Below the pieces are notes generated by a model that saw only the letters and a program-made list of their open reading frames with translations, ran no database searches and was not told the DNA's origin. A program made the translations under genes and the position numbers. Source: Mobula birostris (lineage: Eukaryota). From it: a stretch of 64,000 nucleotides of DNA. Where the stretch lies: assembly GCF_030028105.1 (NCBI RefSeq), contig NC_092372.1, forward strand, positions 151,968,058-152,032,057, written 5' to 3'. Of the stretch, positions 1 through 11,932 are shown in pieces (the stretch's first letter is position 1; each line of letters starts with the position of its first letter).

Positions 1-110
1 TTTAAATTTTATTTTTTTTCTCTTCTCGATTATGTATTGCATTGAACTGCTGCTGCTAAGTTAGCAAATTTCACGTCACATACTGGTGATAATAAACCTG
101 ATTCTGATTC
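1..110 (+). mobile_element. 3' end of L2/Rex-type LINE
   Basis: AATAAA followed by a (GATTCT)n-like tail. The same terminus occurs inverted at about 51765-51860. Confidence 0.55.
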
Positions 111-111
111 C

Positions 112-372
112 TCACAGACTAAAGGCTGTAAATGCAGCTAAAGGTGCAGCTACTAAATACTGATTTGAATGGGGTGGATACTTATGCAATCAATTATTTT
201 GTGTTTTATACTTATAATTAATTTAGATCACCTTGTGGGGATCTGTTTTCACTTTGAAATGAAAGAGCCTTTTCTGTTGATCAGTGTCAAAAGCCAAATA
301 AACCCACTGTAATTCAATGTTGTAAAATGAAAACTTCCAAGAGGGGTGAATTCTTTATTGATAGGTGCTGTA
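112..372 (+). mobile_element. Tc1/mariner 3' fragment (transposase C-terminus plus right inverted repeat)
   Basis: Reads RLKAVNAAKGAATKY*, a typical Tc1 C-terminus, followed by IR/DR-type sequence ending ...GTGCTGTA. Confidence 0.6.
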
Positions 373-1046
373 TGTATACCTTTATTGGGAATGATGAATC
401 CCTTTGAATAATTTAACTAAATTCAAATGAATTCTCTTCGTATCCTTCTCAATTTTTTTTTGTTTCCTTTCATCACTGTGCTATTCACTTCAATTTTCTT
501 CCATCCTGCCTCAGAATAATTGCTACAGGGATCCCTTGTTTGTAACTTTGCCTTCTCCAGTACTCTCTACACACTAGCCAACATTCTGCTGCCATATCCT
601 AAGGCAAGCCCTGTCACACACTTTACCTGGATGATTGTGGAAAATGGCTGTGTCTGGTGCTTCGCAGTTAAACCTTATCCTCGTGTTTAAATCCTTCCTT
701 GCTTTTTCCCCTCCATATCAAAAATAATTTATTTTGAGCCCTATAATTACACTACCTAAGTTCTTATTTTGCCGATCTCTAAGGTATCCCTCATTTCACT
801 CAAATATTGGTGCTTCTTCTCAGCTGTTTCTGTAAGCTTGAAGATTGGATGGCTTGCAACCAAAAAATTAGATAATAATAGTCATATTGCCAACTGCACA
901 CATTTTCCAGCATTGCAAACTGGACTGTGTGCAAGACTGGAAATAGCTGACTTCCACTGAAAAACTCTGATAAAGAATAACTTCCATAAAATATACATTT
1001 TAATAGTAGTGCAAAACCAACAACGTCTTCAAAATACATGAAGAAT

Positions 1047-2321
1047 GTAGCTATCTCAGTTTTACATCTATTACAATGACTATCAACATTAGAAAAGATT
1101 TTAGAAAGTCTCTCCTTCATCAAATGATAACGATATACAATTTTAAATTGAATCAATGAATGGCTAGCACAAATTGAAGAAGAGTTAACCAACCTCAAAA
1201 TCCGCATCCAATCCTCCATCATAAAAGTCAAATTAAGTTCCTTTTCCCAATCCTGGTTAATCTTAGATAAAGGACGCTTATCCCATTGTAATAATAAATT
1301 ATAAATTCTTCCAATAGAACCCTTAATCAAAGGATTCATACTCATAATAGAATCTAACAGGTCCACCTCCAATATGTAAGGAAAATTACTTAAATATTTT
1401 TGTAAAAAATGTCTAACTTGAAGGTATTGCAGAAAGTGTGAGTATGAAGGAGAATATTTATCAATTAATTGTTCAAAAGACATCAATCTATCTTCTTTAA
1501 ATAAATCCAAAAAAGAATTAACACCTTTATTTTTCCAAAGCAAAAAAATTGGATCACTCAAAGAAGGCTTAAAAAAGTAATTTCGATAAATTAAACTACA
1601 AAGTTTAAATTTTTTAAGGTGAAAAAAATTGTGGAACTGGAGCCAAATATGTAAAGAAAATATGACACATATGTTTTGGTCTTGTTCTATATTGGAACAG
1701 TTCTGGAAGTCGTTTTTTTCAACAATTTCTAAAGCACTTAAAATTGATCTACAACCTAATAAATTAACTGTGCTTTTTGGAATAATTCCTCAAAATAGTC
1801 ATGGTATTTCTGTGTCCGACCAACATGTTATTGCATTTGTTACATCGATAGCTAGGAAGGCCATTTTGTTGAGGTGGTAGGATATATCAGCTCCCACTTT
1901 GTCACAATGGTTCTCTCAAGTGATGCTATGTCTTAGTTTGGAGAAAATTAGAAGTCAAACCTTTGAACCTTTATTTGATTTTGAGAAAAGATGGGGCTCA
2001 TTTGCTTGTTATTATCATTTGAGCTAATTGATATAATTTTTCCACTTATCTAATTGTAAATTTTTTAGTATATTTTCCTTTCTTGCTGGCAGTTTGATGT
2101 TTATTTTTAGAAGCTTTTTGTATTACGCATGACTCCGGGGTTGTACACCTAGTGGGTTCTTTGTTTTTCTCACTTTTCTGCTTAGTAGGTTTTTTTGGTT
2201 ATCACAAAATTTTTTTTCAATCTTTAAGATAATGTCTTTTTTGAGACATTGTAAGTGTTGAAACTTCAATGTACTCATGTTATTTTTTTCTGTATAACAA
2301 TAAAAAGATTTGAAAAGAAAG
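1047..2321. mobile_element. 5'-truncated, 5'-inverted (twin-primed) L1-clade LINE
   Basis: Perfect 16-bp TSD AAAATACATGAAGAAT at 1031-1046 and 2322-2337. The minus-strand ORF2 piece ends ...HCNRCKTEIAT and continues on the plus strand as THMFWSC. AATAAA at 2299 and an A-rich tail. Confidence 0.9.
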
Positions 2322-2689
2322 AAAATACATGAAGAATTAATGTTTTGTGTTCCATCTCAGAAAGGTCCAAATAACAGCAAATCATTGTTTAATATTGCAA
2401 TCTTGAATTCATAGCACTACGCAGTTAACTCCAATAAACTTCTGTTTGATGAACACAAAGCTTAGCCCAGTGATGTGAAAAGGAAGTGAATCTAGAAAGT
2501 GCTTAACATTGCACTGGTTTTACCAAAGTTATAGTCATAAAGAAATACAGCACAGAAACAGGCTCTTGGGCCCATTGATTTCATTCCGAGCATCAAGCTC
2601 CCACTCTAATCACACTTTACTGTTTCTCATTCCCATCAGTGCGCCCCACCCACCTACATACAATGGCCAATTAATCTACCAACTACAAA

Positions 2690-2845
2690 CTTAGGATGTG
2701 TGAGAATTTTGGAGCATTAAGAAAAAAATACAATCACAGGGATAGATACAAACTCCACAAACACAGTAGCAGAGGTTAGGATTGAACCTGGGTCTCTTGC
2801 CCTGTGTGATAGTGGCTCTACTAGTTGCTCCATTGTGCCACACAG
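2690..2845 (-). mobile_element. tRNA-derived SINE, degenerate
   Basis: B-box-like GGTTCAATCC on the minus strand with a typical fish/shark SINE body. Confidence 0.45.
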
Positions 2846-3689
2846 TACTAACAAATTAGACCTAAGTTCCTACTGAAATTCATCAATGTAAATTTGAATC
2901 CATAATGACTTTTTAATTAATGCAATCAAGAAGGGCCATCTTAATCATTATGTGCCATGTCATATCATGAGGGGGATCATGTTTTCCATGTATGACCATA
3001 AATGTTTTGGCAAAATTTTTCCACAGAAGTGGTCTGCTATCGCCTTCTTCTGGGTAGCATCTTTACAAGACAGGTGACCCTAGCTATTATCAATAGTCTT
3101 TGGAGATTGTCTGCCTGGCATCTCTGGTTGCATAACCAGGACTTGTGATATGCACCAGTTGTTCATGCGACCATCCACCACCTGCTCCCATGGCTTCACG
3201 TGACCCTGATCAGGGGGCTAAGCAGGTGCTACATATTGTCCCAGAGTGATGTGCTAGCAGAAGGAAGGAGCTCCCAAGATGTATCTCCAACCCACCACCC
3301 TGCAATCAGAAAGGGTGTTGCTTACAAATTCATTAGTGACTGGGCATGCCAGAGTAGGATATTCTGTAATGCCATGCAAAAGGGTGATGTGACAGGAAAA
3401 ATCTGACTGGATCTGAATGTTCTTGGGCTTCCTTCAGTTAAGTACTAATGGTTGCTAATTATATCCATTGATTCAAATTATCTCATTTGATCAGTTTACA
3501 AACTAGTTTAAACACAGTCCTAAGAGCTCAAGAATTTAGACGCAACCTAGAGCAAATTTGGAAGTAGTTACTGGTTTGTTGAAGGGATATTTGAAACTAT
3601 GTGCTTATGAAATCTCTTGTGTTGGTGGCTTAGAATGCTGCAGGCTTTTTCATTTAATAAGATGAGAAAATCTGCAAATGTCCGTACAT

Positions 3690-3915
3690 GACTTCTTTGT
3701 CCATTCGTTCCTTCCCACTGACCTCCCTCCTGGCAAGAAGGACAAGTGCTACACCTGCCCCTACACCACCTCCCTCACTACCATTCAGGGCCCCAAATAG
3801 TCCCTCCAGATGAGGCGACACTTCACCTGTGAGTTGATTGGGGTCATTTACTGTGTCTGGTGGTCTTGGTGTGGCCCTCTGTATATCGGTGAGACCGAGA
3901 TAGATCGGGAGATCA
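3690..3915 (+). mobile_element. Penelope-like element fragment (GIY-YIG endonuclease region)
   Basis: Degenerate CYTCPYTTSLTTIQGP...HFTC...GVIYC...LYIGET, matching the other copies in the window. Confidence 0.75.
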
Positions 3916-4239
3916 GTGAAATCGGGACATGCCTGTCCGAGCATGCAAAGTCAGCTTCTGCGAACTGAGTGGATGAGACCTATAGTGAGACCCAACTGCC
4001 AGGATGGCGATACTGCAATGCTGAGAGAGCGCAGGGTATGACAGGGGACAGAATTGGGTCCATCCACTGCAGCCAAGGAAGATCCCGGTTGTGACGCTTG
4101 GTCGTACCACTGGGTCTGGACTTCTGAAGTCGAGAGAGTGGAACTTTCCCAGTGCAACAGGTTTTCTACTTTAAAAACGCTCCTGCACAGATTTATTGTC
4201 ATTTTCAGACACTATAGACAAGACCATAAGAGATATTGT

Positions 4240-4900
4240 TGAGACCACACTGGAGTACCATAACAGTGTTTGTCTCAGTATTTTAAGGAAAGGTGTTAAT
4301 GCATTGGAAATAGTTCAGAGAAGGTTTATTAGATCATGATCTAGAATGGGTGGGTTATAGGGAAAGGTTAACCAGGCTATCGGCTGCGGTTTAAAAGAAT
4401 GAGAGGGGAGCTGATTGAAGCATGATCCTAAAGTATGGATAGGGTATTTCCTCCTCTGGGAAAGTCTAGAATCAGGAGTTACCTTTTAAAAATAAACAAT
4501 CTCTTAATACTTAGGAATTTTTTGGTTCAGAGGATTACGACCCTTTGAAACTCTGTGCCTCAAGATTGTAGTGGAAGCAAAGTCTTTACACATTTTAAGG
4601 CAGATGTTGATAGGCTCTTGGTGGAAGATCACTGGGTGTAGATTGAAATGTGGAAATAGACAATAGGTGCAGGAGTAGGCTATTCAGCCCTTCGAGCCAG
4701 CACCGCCATTCACTGTGATCATGGCTGATCATCCACAATCAGTACTCTTTTCCTGCCTTCTCCCCATATCCCTTCACTCCGCTATCATTAAGAGCTCTAT
4801 CTAACTCTTTCTTGAAAGCATCCAGAAAATTGGCCTCCACTGCCTTCTGAGGCAGAGCATTCCCCAGATCCACAACTCTCTGGGTGAAAAAGTTTCACCC
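4240..4900. mobile_element. CR1 LINE 3' fragments (plus-strand about 4240-4650, minus-strand tail about 4655-4900)
   Basis: Decayed RT C-terminal sequence. The minus-strand tail resembles the CR1 tail at about 33290-33387. Confidence 0.6.
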
Positions 4901-5805
4901 CGAGGTAAATGAGGTAACAATTAGATCACTATGGTCTGGTTAAATGTGAGTGGCCTCCTCCTAATTTGTAAGCATTTAATAGCTTGTAAACTGTAAAGGA
5001 GCCAAGCCTCAATCTAACTGGTTGGCTTTGATTAGATACTGGCAGTAGCTACCAAGTGACAATGTGTGCAGAGGCCCTACCGATCCTTGGTGCTGCCAAG
5101 GATGAACATGAACGTGTTGTTCAATTCGGTTGGGTCACCTGTTCCTTGTAGAAATATTTCTTCCCATAACCACCTTCAACCACAATTTAATCAGATAGTA
5201 ATCTGCACAGAATGTCCTCGCAGACCCCCGGGAATAGGAGACAGGTGATCATGGGGACGGTTCCCAAGCAGAGTGCCTCATCGCCAGTATTTTCAGATGA
5301 ACACCAAGAATGCTGGCTTGGCCGATGGTCTCTTCGTGCGCGCTCAGAATGTCAATCCCACTGCAATCTCTCTGCGAGATGGCTGCCCTGTGGACGAGAC
5401 TCTCGACCACCTTCTGGACAATACATCCGCTCCATAAGTCTGGAAAGGGCTCCAGTGTTTTTTTTTTATGGCGGCTTGTTGGCAGCAGCTGTGAAATCTT
5501 CAAGTGCTGCATCATTACTATATTATCATCTACTTTTCCCGACTATCCTTTCTGCAGTAAAGTATGGGAACCCTGATCATTTTTCAGTACAGGTATCAGC
5601 TTTCTTAAGAGTAGGCAGGCCTGAATTGAGGAATTTCTTGTCCATAATGAGTTCTGCAGTTGCCTGATTGCCCCCTCTCCAGCGTAGAGGGCCATTCGCT
5701 CTTTTCGGTTCTATACAGAACAACTAGTACCACAGTTACAAAATGTTTACCTAGTCCCTTTAATCATTACAGGAACGGGAGCTCTCACACTTAGTGTTTC
5801 TTAGT

Positions 5806-6892
5806 TAAATCATAAAGAACGTAGTTTCCCTTCTTCCGCTATTAATGTTGCCCTCACCTGCATCCACTCCATTTCCCGAACATCCGCGCTCACCCCATCC
5901 TCCCACCGCCTGAACAGTGATAGAGTTCCTCTTGTCCTTACCTACCACCCAAAGAACCTCTGCATCTAACACATCATCCTCCACAACTTTCACCACCTCC
6001 AAAGCGAACCTACTACTAAACATATCTATACCTTACCCCACCCGCCATCCGCAGGGATCGTTCCCTCTGCCTTGTCCATTCGTCCCTCCCCACTAATCTC
6101 CCTCCCACCTATCCCTGCAAGCGGCCAAAGTGCTACACCTGTCCATTCACCTCCTCCCTCACCTCCATTCAGGGCCACAAACAGTCCATCCAGGTGAGGC
6201 AACACTTCACCTGCGAATCTTTCTGGGGTCGCGTATTGTGTCCGGTGCTCCTGATGCGGCCGCCTTCACATTGGTGAGACCCGTTAAAAATTGAGCGACC
6301 GCTTCGTCGAGCACTTTCGCATCATCCGTCAAAAGCGGGACTTCCCGGTGGTCGAACAATTTAATTCGGATTCCCATTCTCCCTCCGACCAGTCGGTCCA
6401 TGGCCTCCTCTTGTGCCACCATGAGGCCACCACCGAGCAACACCTTTTATTGCGTCTGGGTAGCTTCCAACCTGATGGCATGTATATCGACTTCTCCTTC
6501 TGGTAAAGAAAACCTCCCCATCCTCTCTTCTTCCATTTCCCACTCTGGCCTTTTACTATATTATCATCTACTTTTACCTTTTCGCACCCGCCTATCATCT
6601 CCCTCTGGGCCCGTCCTCCTTCCCTTTCTGCTAGGGTCCACTCGCTCTCCTTCCTTCCTTTCCAGCCCTCAGTCTTTCCCACCCCCCTGGCTTCACCTAT
6701 CACCTTCCAGCTTGCCTCCTTCCCCTCCCTCCCCTTTTTATTATGGCGTCTTCCCCCTGCCTTTCCAGTCCCGAAGGGGGGTCTCGCCCGAAATGTCGAC
6801 TGTTTATTCCATTTCCATAGATGCTGCCTGCCTTGCTGAGTTCCTCCAGCATTTCGTGTGTGTGTTGCTTTGGATTTCCAGCATCTGCAGAC
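5806..6892 (+). mobile_element. Penelope-like retroelement 3' part (GIY-YIG plus pyrimidine-rich tail, degenerate hammerhead at 6766-6802)
   Basis: DRFVEHFR...VEQFNSDSHS...EQHLLLRLGSFQPDGMYIDFS motifs and the shared terminus ...TTTCCAGCATCTGCAGA. Confidence 0.85.
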
Positions 6893-6894
6893 AG

Positions 6895-7385
6895 TTACCG
6901 CGTTTCCTTCGGTGCAGCCCCCACCTGCACAGCCGAACGGCCCTGCCAAGGATCAAAGGCTGCTGAGTATTTGACAGAGTGGGACCGGGGTCGCGACCGG
7001 GGCGTTGGACCCGCGCCAGCTCAGCGTCGAGCCAGCATTTAACTTTGGTCTGCTGGAGGCCGATACAATACTACTCCACCCGATGTTCAACCCAACCCAC
7101 CTGTCACGTTTCACTTTGACATCGCCCCTGTAGTGACGACCTGCCTTCTTTCACAGAAGGGCAATGGCAGTTGCAGCCGAACCCAACCGATATTTGGGCG
7201 CAGTTCGATCTCCTACACCACACCTACAGCATAACGGTTTTGCAGCAGCGCGAACACTGTACACACGGGGCGGGAAATATCGGCGTCGTCTCCAAGCGCC
7301 CTTGCCATGAAGGAAATACCGCAGTTTGTCACGGCCACGGAATCTGTGGAAACTCCCCGTCTTTGCGCGTTTGAACATGGGGCAT
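6895..7385. promoter_or_regulatory. CpG-rich segment, candidate promoter/first exon of a minus-strand transcript
   Basis: High CpG density, E2F-type GGCGGGAAA at 7269-7277, and minus-strand donor-like sites (CAG|GTGGGT near 7100, GCG|GTAACT near 6898). Confidence 0.4.
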
Positions 7386-7427
7386 TGAAATGAGCTGAGC
7401 TGATTAGGCTGAATAAAGGGTACCAGG

Positions 7428-7536
7428 CACAAACAAGAGAAAATCTGCAGATGCTGGCAGTCCAAGCAACATTCACAAAATGCTAGAGGAGCTCAGCAGG
7501 CCTGGCCAGCTGAGTGCCTCCAGCATTTTGTGTGCT
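7428..7536. mobile_element. Mini Penelope-terminus element with internal inversion
   Basis: Inverted Penelope terminus followed by a direct copy of part of it. Flanked by an imperfect 16-bp direct repeat (AAAGGGTACCAGGCAC / AAAGTGTACTAGTCAC). Confidence 0.6.
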
Positions 7537-8559
7537 TTAAAAGTGTACTAGTCACTATTTTTATTGTGGGGAGGTTTCTGCTCTCTCCCTGTTAACAATA
7601 ACCACGGGGTTTATAAAGTAATAAACTATAATTTTTATAAAGTAATTTATAAACATAGTCAGTGCACGAACAACATGGTTACATGCGCCATATAACCAGA
7701 TATAAAATCATGCTTCACATTGGGACATAGGGATTTGGAATAGCTGCAACATGCTATTTAGAACCGGAGGTAGCAGGGAGGGAGAGGTGGGCACAGTTGT
7801 TTCTGGAGTGCGAAAGTACGGGCAAGAACACGAAGATCTGGAGAAGGAAAACAAAAATTCAGGCGCAAGCGTTTAGCAGCAGGGTTTCAATGTGATCGAG
7901 GGAATACGGATCTTTGATGAATTCCTGGATGGGTTCTCCTCCCTACTTTTCTATGGCTAAACAAAGAGACAAAGAGGTATCAAGCCAAACTGAATGTTTT
8001 GTTTTAAGTTTTCAGGGTTTTTTTGTTTTCAATGGCTAACCAAAGCAGTATCAAACCAAACTGAATGTTTTGTTTTAAGGTAAACGAAGTGAAGAAAATG
8101 TTAAGCTTAACTTCCACTCCTGACACTTTTCATTCGATGTTGGTATTACAGTCCAGATATTGCGCGTTCATTCCAATATATGCATACCATTAAATTGTAT
8201 GGGGACAAGTTTAAGTAAATATAGAAATTTAACGTATGAATTAGATTTAAAAAAATAAGAACTGCATATACTGGAAACAGTCAACCGGTCTGGCAGTATC
8301 TATGGAAAAAGAAACGGAGTCGAAGACCCTTCATCAGAACTCTTCAGTAACTGGAAATCCAAAAGCTGCAGATATTGAAAGACTGAAATAATATAAAAAG
8401 CCAGTAACTCAGGTCATAGATACCATGTGACTTTCTGGGTGTTTCTAAGTGTTTCAGCATCTGCCATTGTTTTAATGTTTATAATTGCGTTTGCTTTTGT
8501 AATTTTAATATTTTTTGCCAGTCGCTACCGGTCAGAGAAAACTCTGAGCAGCTGCTTCC

Positions 8560-8870
8560 TCGTTTGTGAGAAAAGGGAAGGCCTTCTGCATTCGCCAGGT
8601 AGGGTCACGCAACACAACCCTCTCCATCCCTCCAGTTGTAAACTCCCACCCGCCTCTACATGCCCATCACAGATCCGTCAGTTTTGCCCCGCACAAAGAT
8701 GGTGTCCGCTGCGGGGGTTCTTTCACGTCCGCGCGGGCGATCGTTTCCGCTGCGAAGCGGAAATTGTACTCGGATGCGCGCGGAGTTGCAATGGCTGGCG
8801 ATGTGGTGGGGCTCACACTCATACACGGTAATGGGAGTGTCTGCTGTCTGCAGTAGATGGCGGGAGTGGT
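8560..8870 (+). promoter_or_regulatory. BAG1 CpG-island promoter / 5' UTR
   Basis: CpG-dense region around the ATG at 8791, with an ETS-like GCGGAAAT at 8757 and a YY1-like AGATGGCGG at 8855. Confidence 0.7.
8791..8827 (+). CDS. BAG1: BAG family molecular chaperone regulator 1, coding exon 1 (MAGDVVGLTLIHG)
   Basis: Strong Kozak context GCAATGG and donor G|GTAATG. Phase 1 matches exon 2. Full join 8791-8827,10120-10248,11850-11932,16095-16208,21525-21632,24204-24266,26912-26986 = 609 nt, 202 aa. Confidence 0.85.
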
Positions 8871-9129
8871 GACCTTCAGAGAGAAGAGTAACTACCGGGC
8901 CCGGGCAGCTCTTCTGCAGCATGATCGCAGAATCTGTCCTCTCCAGCTGTTAGCACAAGGAGCAGGGCGGCATGAATCTTTCCCCGTCGCTGGCTGCACG
9001 TTGGGTCCGGCCTCATCCACTGCCACCTAAATTGTTAATGTACAAACCAATCTGCATTTGAAGAAATTTTTGGTGGTGGGGTGGTGTGAACAGTCGTCAT
9101 AAAAAGAGAGGGGGAAATAAACAGTAAAT

Positions 9130-9990
9130 TTAAACATCCCTAAATGTGGTAAACTAAATCGGCAGATTTGCTGATGACACTAAGATTCGGGGCATAGTGG
9201 CTGGTGAGGAAGCCTGTCAAAGACTGCATTGTGATCTGGACCAGCTGGGCAAGTGGCCTAACAAATGGCAGGTGATATTCAATGCAGACAAGTGTGAGGT
9301 GTTGCACTTGAGGACAAACCAGGGTAGGACTTGCACAGTTAAATGTTAGGGCACTGAGGGGTGTGGTAAATCTTGAGTACATAATTTCTTGAAAGTAGCA
9401 CCATTAGGTCATACAGAGCTTTTGGCACATTGACCTTCATAAATCAGAGTATTGAGTACAGGAGTCAGAATGTTATGTTGAAGTTATATAAGATGTTGGT
9501 GAGGCCAAATATGGAGTATTGTGTGCAGTTCTAGTCACCTACCTGCAAGAAAGATATCAATAAGATTGAAAGAGTAGAGCGACCATTTACATGGATGTTG
9601 CCAACACTTGAGGGCTTGAGTTACAGGGAAAGGTTGAATAGATTGGGGCTTTAATATCTGGAGTGTAGGAGAGTGAGAGGAGATCAGATATAAAATTGAG
9701 GGGTATAGGTAGGGTAAATGCAAGCAGGCTTTTTCCACTGATGGGTGAGACTAGAACTAGAGGTCATAGGTAAAGGGCGAAATATTTAAGGGAAATATGA
9801 GGGGGGACTTCATTCAAAAGGCGTTGAGAGCATGGAAGGAGCTGCCAGTGGAAGTGGTGGATGCAGGTTCACTTGTAATATTTTAGAGAAGTTGGGTTAG
9901 TACGTGGATGGGAAGGGTTTAGAGGGCTATGAACCAGGTGCTGGTGGATGGGCTGAAGGGCCTGTGCCTGTGCTGCCCTGCTCTGTAACT
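9130..9990 (+). mobile_element. CR1 LINE 3' fragment
   Basis: RFADDTK, FNADKCEVLH and EYCVQF motifs, with the CR1 tail GGGCTGAAGGGCCTG... Confidence 0.85.
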
Positions 9991-10119
9991 AAACGTTTAT
10001 TGTTTTGCAGTGTATGGCAATAATGGCACTGCAGTATACTTTTCAAAAGCTTTGTTATATAATGTATTAAAATACAGTGCAAAGATGTCTGCTGACCTGG
10101 ATGTATATTTCATTATTAG

Positions 10120-10248
10120 GTACTTCGAAACACAAGATCGAGATTTCAGCAGAACGGGAAGGTTGTGAGCCAACACTACAGGACATGGCAGCAGTGATTG
10201 CGCAAGTTACTGGGGTACCCCAGCAATTACAGAAACTAATTTTTAAAG
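10120..10248 (+). CDS. BAG1: BAG1 exon 2 (ubiquitin-like domain)
   Basis: TSKHKIEISAEREGCEPTLQDMAAVIAQVTGVPQQLQKLIFKG, AG/GT boundaries, 129 nt. Confidence 0.95.
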
Positions 10249-11849
10249 GTTTGCTGCTAGAATGCACTGTGTTTAGGATAACTTGCATTAATCCTTGGTG
10301 ATTGTAGCGAGATCTGTGTTCCTGAAATTGGACTCATCTGTGAATTAGTGATAAGGATATTTAGACAATTATTATTGGTTTTTGATGCAGAAAACCTGTT
10401 ACCTGGGAGGCCATTCGGCAAATATTGCTGTTAATTAAAAAAAAGGATTCACCAGTCCACAACTTTTATGTGTGTTGTTCCAATTGAATGCAGCTTTTAC
10501 TAATAGGCTGATTTTATTTTACTCTTGCAAATTCAGTGTTTTGGATTGGAGCTGTCTTGATGTAACTTTAGCAGTGAACTATCTCAATGGGGAAAATTGC
10601 CTGTGACGGTGTTTAGTTATGCTCAGACAGTTTGTAAATGTGGTCAAAGAGAAGAGTTGCATTCACATCTCTGACTTGTATGCAAAAATGTGCAAACTTA
10701 CCTTTTTGCATTATGTAATTGTTATAAAATATAACACAGTTTAAGGTTTTTATTGGTTATACTTCAACCCTCTCGATTGCATGATCAATTCAAAAGATTA
10801 TATATTGTTATTTGAGTTGTGTCCTGTTGTGACCTAAGCAAGATCACTGAACCTGTCGTCTTATGTTGTGTTGCACAAAAGAATGCAGGTTGCTTTAATG
10901 GACAGTTTTCTCTTGCACAGAGGCAATGTTAATCCCCAGATTACATGTCTGCGTGTAACAGCGGTGTTGCTGCAGGTAGTGCAACTGTCTCACAGCTCCA
11001 GTAACCAAAGTTCAGTTATGATCTCCAGTCCTATGTATTCTTGTGATTGTGTGGCTTTCCCTCTTATTCCAAAGATGTGCTGGTTGTTAGCGAAATTGCT
11101 ACTGTAAATTACACCTAGTTAATTGGTGAGAGAATATGTTCCAGGCAAATAAGTGTGGGATGGGATTGATCTGAGAGATGATCACTGGTGATTGGTTTAC
11201 TATCTGAAAGTAACAGCTGTTCAGCTCCATTCCACAGATGATGTTGCCTCTTCTGTTTTAATTATATTTTTAAAATGTTCTTTTAAAATCCATCTCCAAA
11301 AGTTTCACCTGAACCTGAGATGTCATGTTGCACAATGTCTCTCCTCCCACCATTGTAATAGAGAAGTAAAGAATTCCATTTTTCCCCTCTGTCCCTGTAG
11401 GCTTCTTTAGACCAACAAATTACTTTGGTATCCCTAAGTAAAATAGTGGAGATGCTGGAAATATGAAATAAAACCTGAAAATGATAATAGTTGGTTAGCA
11501 AGGCAGAATTGATAGAGAACAATCTTAGATCTCAGATCAGTGACTTTTCATAACCTGAAAGGTTAACCCTATTTCTCCCTCCATAGATATTGCATGATCT
11601 GTTACGTATTCCCAACAGTTTCTGTTATTTCAAATCCCTAGGCTGTACTTGGTGATATCATCCAATCCTTGTTATACTATTCCTTTCGTAATTCAAAGGC
11701 ACATGCTGAATGTTAGTCCAGTTTTTTAACAGTGTGCCAAAATATTGGGAATGCATGCAGTATTTGACGTAAATGATCAATAATATTTCCAAAAATATGC
11801 AAGTGGAATTAACAACATTTTAATATTTCCTATTTTCTTTGTCATGTAG

Positions 11850-11932
11850 GTAAATCTCTGAAAGATATGGAACAACCATTGTCAGTTCTTGGTGTTAAAA
11901 ATGGCTGTAAAATAATGATGATTGGTAAAAAG
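11850..11932 (+). CDS. BAG1: BAG1 exon 3
   Basis: [31 protein letters not shown] boundaries, 83 nt. Confidence 0.95.

Noticed and set aside
800-1561. 253-aa ORF as a host gene
   Set aside because: It is an inverted L1 ORF2 fragment that reads into flanking DNA past the TSD.
3930-4190. Possible HDV-like ribozyme in a repeat-like segment (CACTGGG/CCCAGTG pairing)
   Set aside because: I could not build the P3/P1.1 elements. Only a simple stem or weak pseudoknot is visible.
5545-5646. Minus-strand peptide starting MDKK, reminiscent of the Cas9 N-terminus
   Set aside because: A four-residue coincidence in a 33-aa ORF in vertebrate DNA, with no other similarity.
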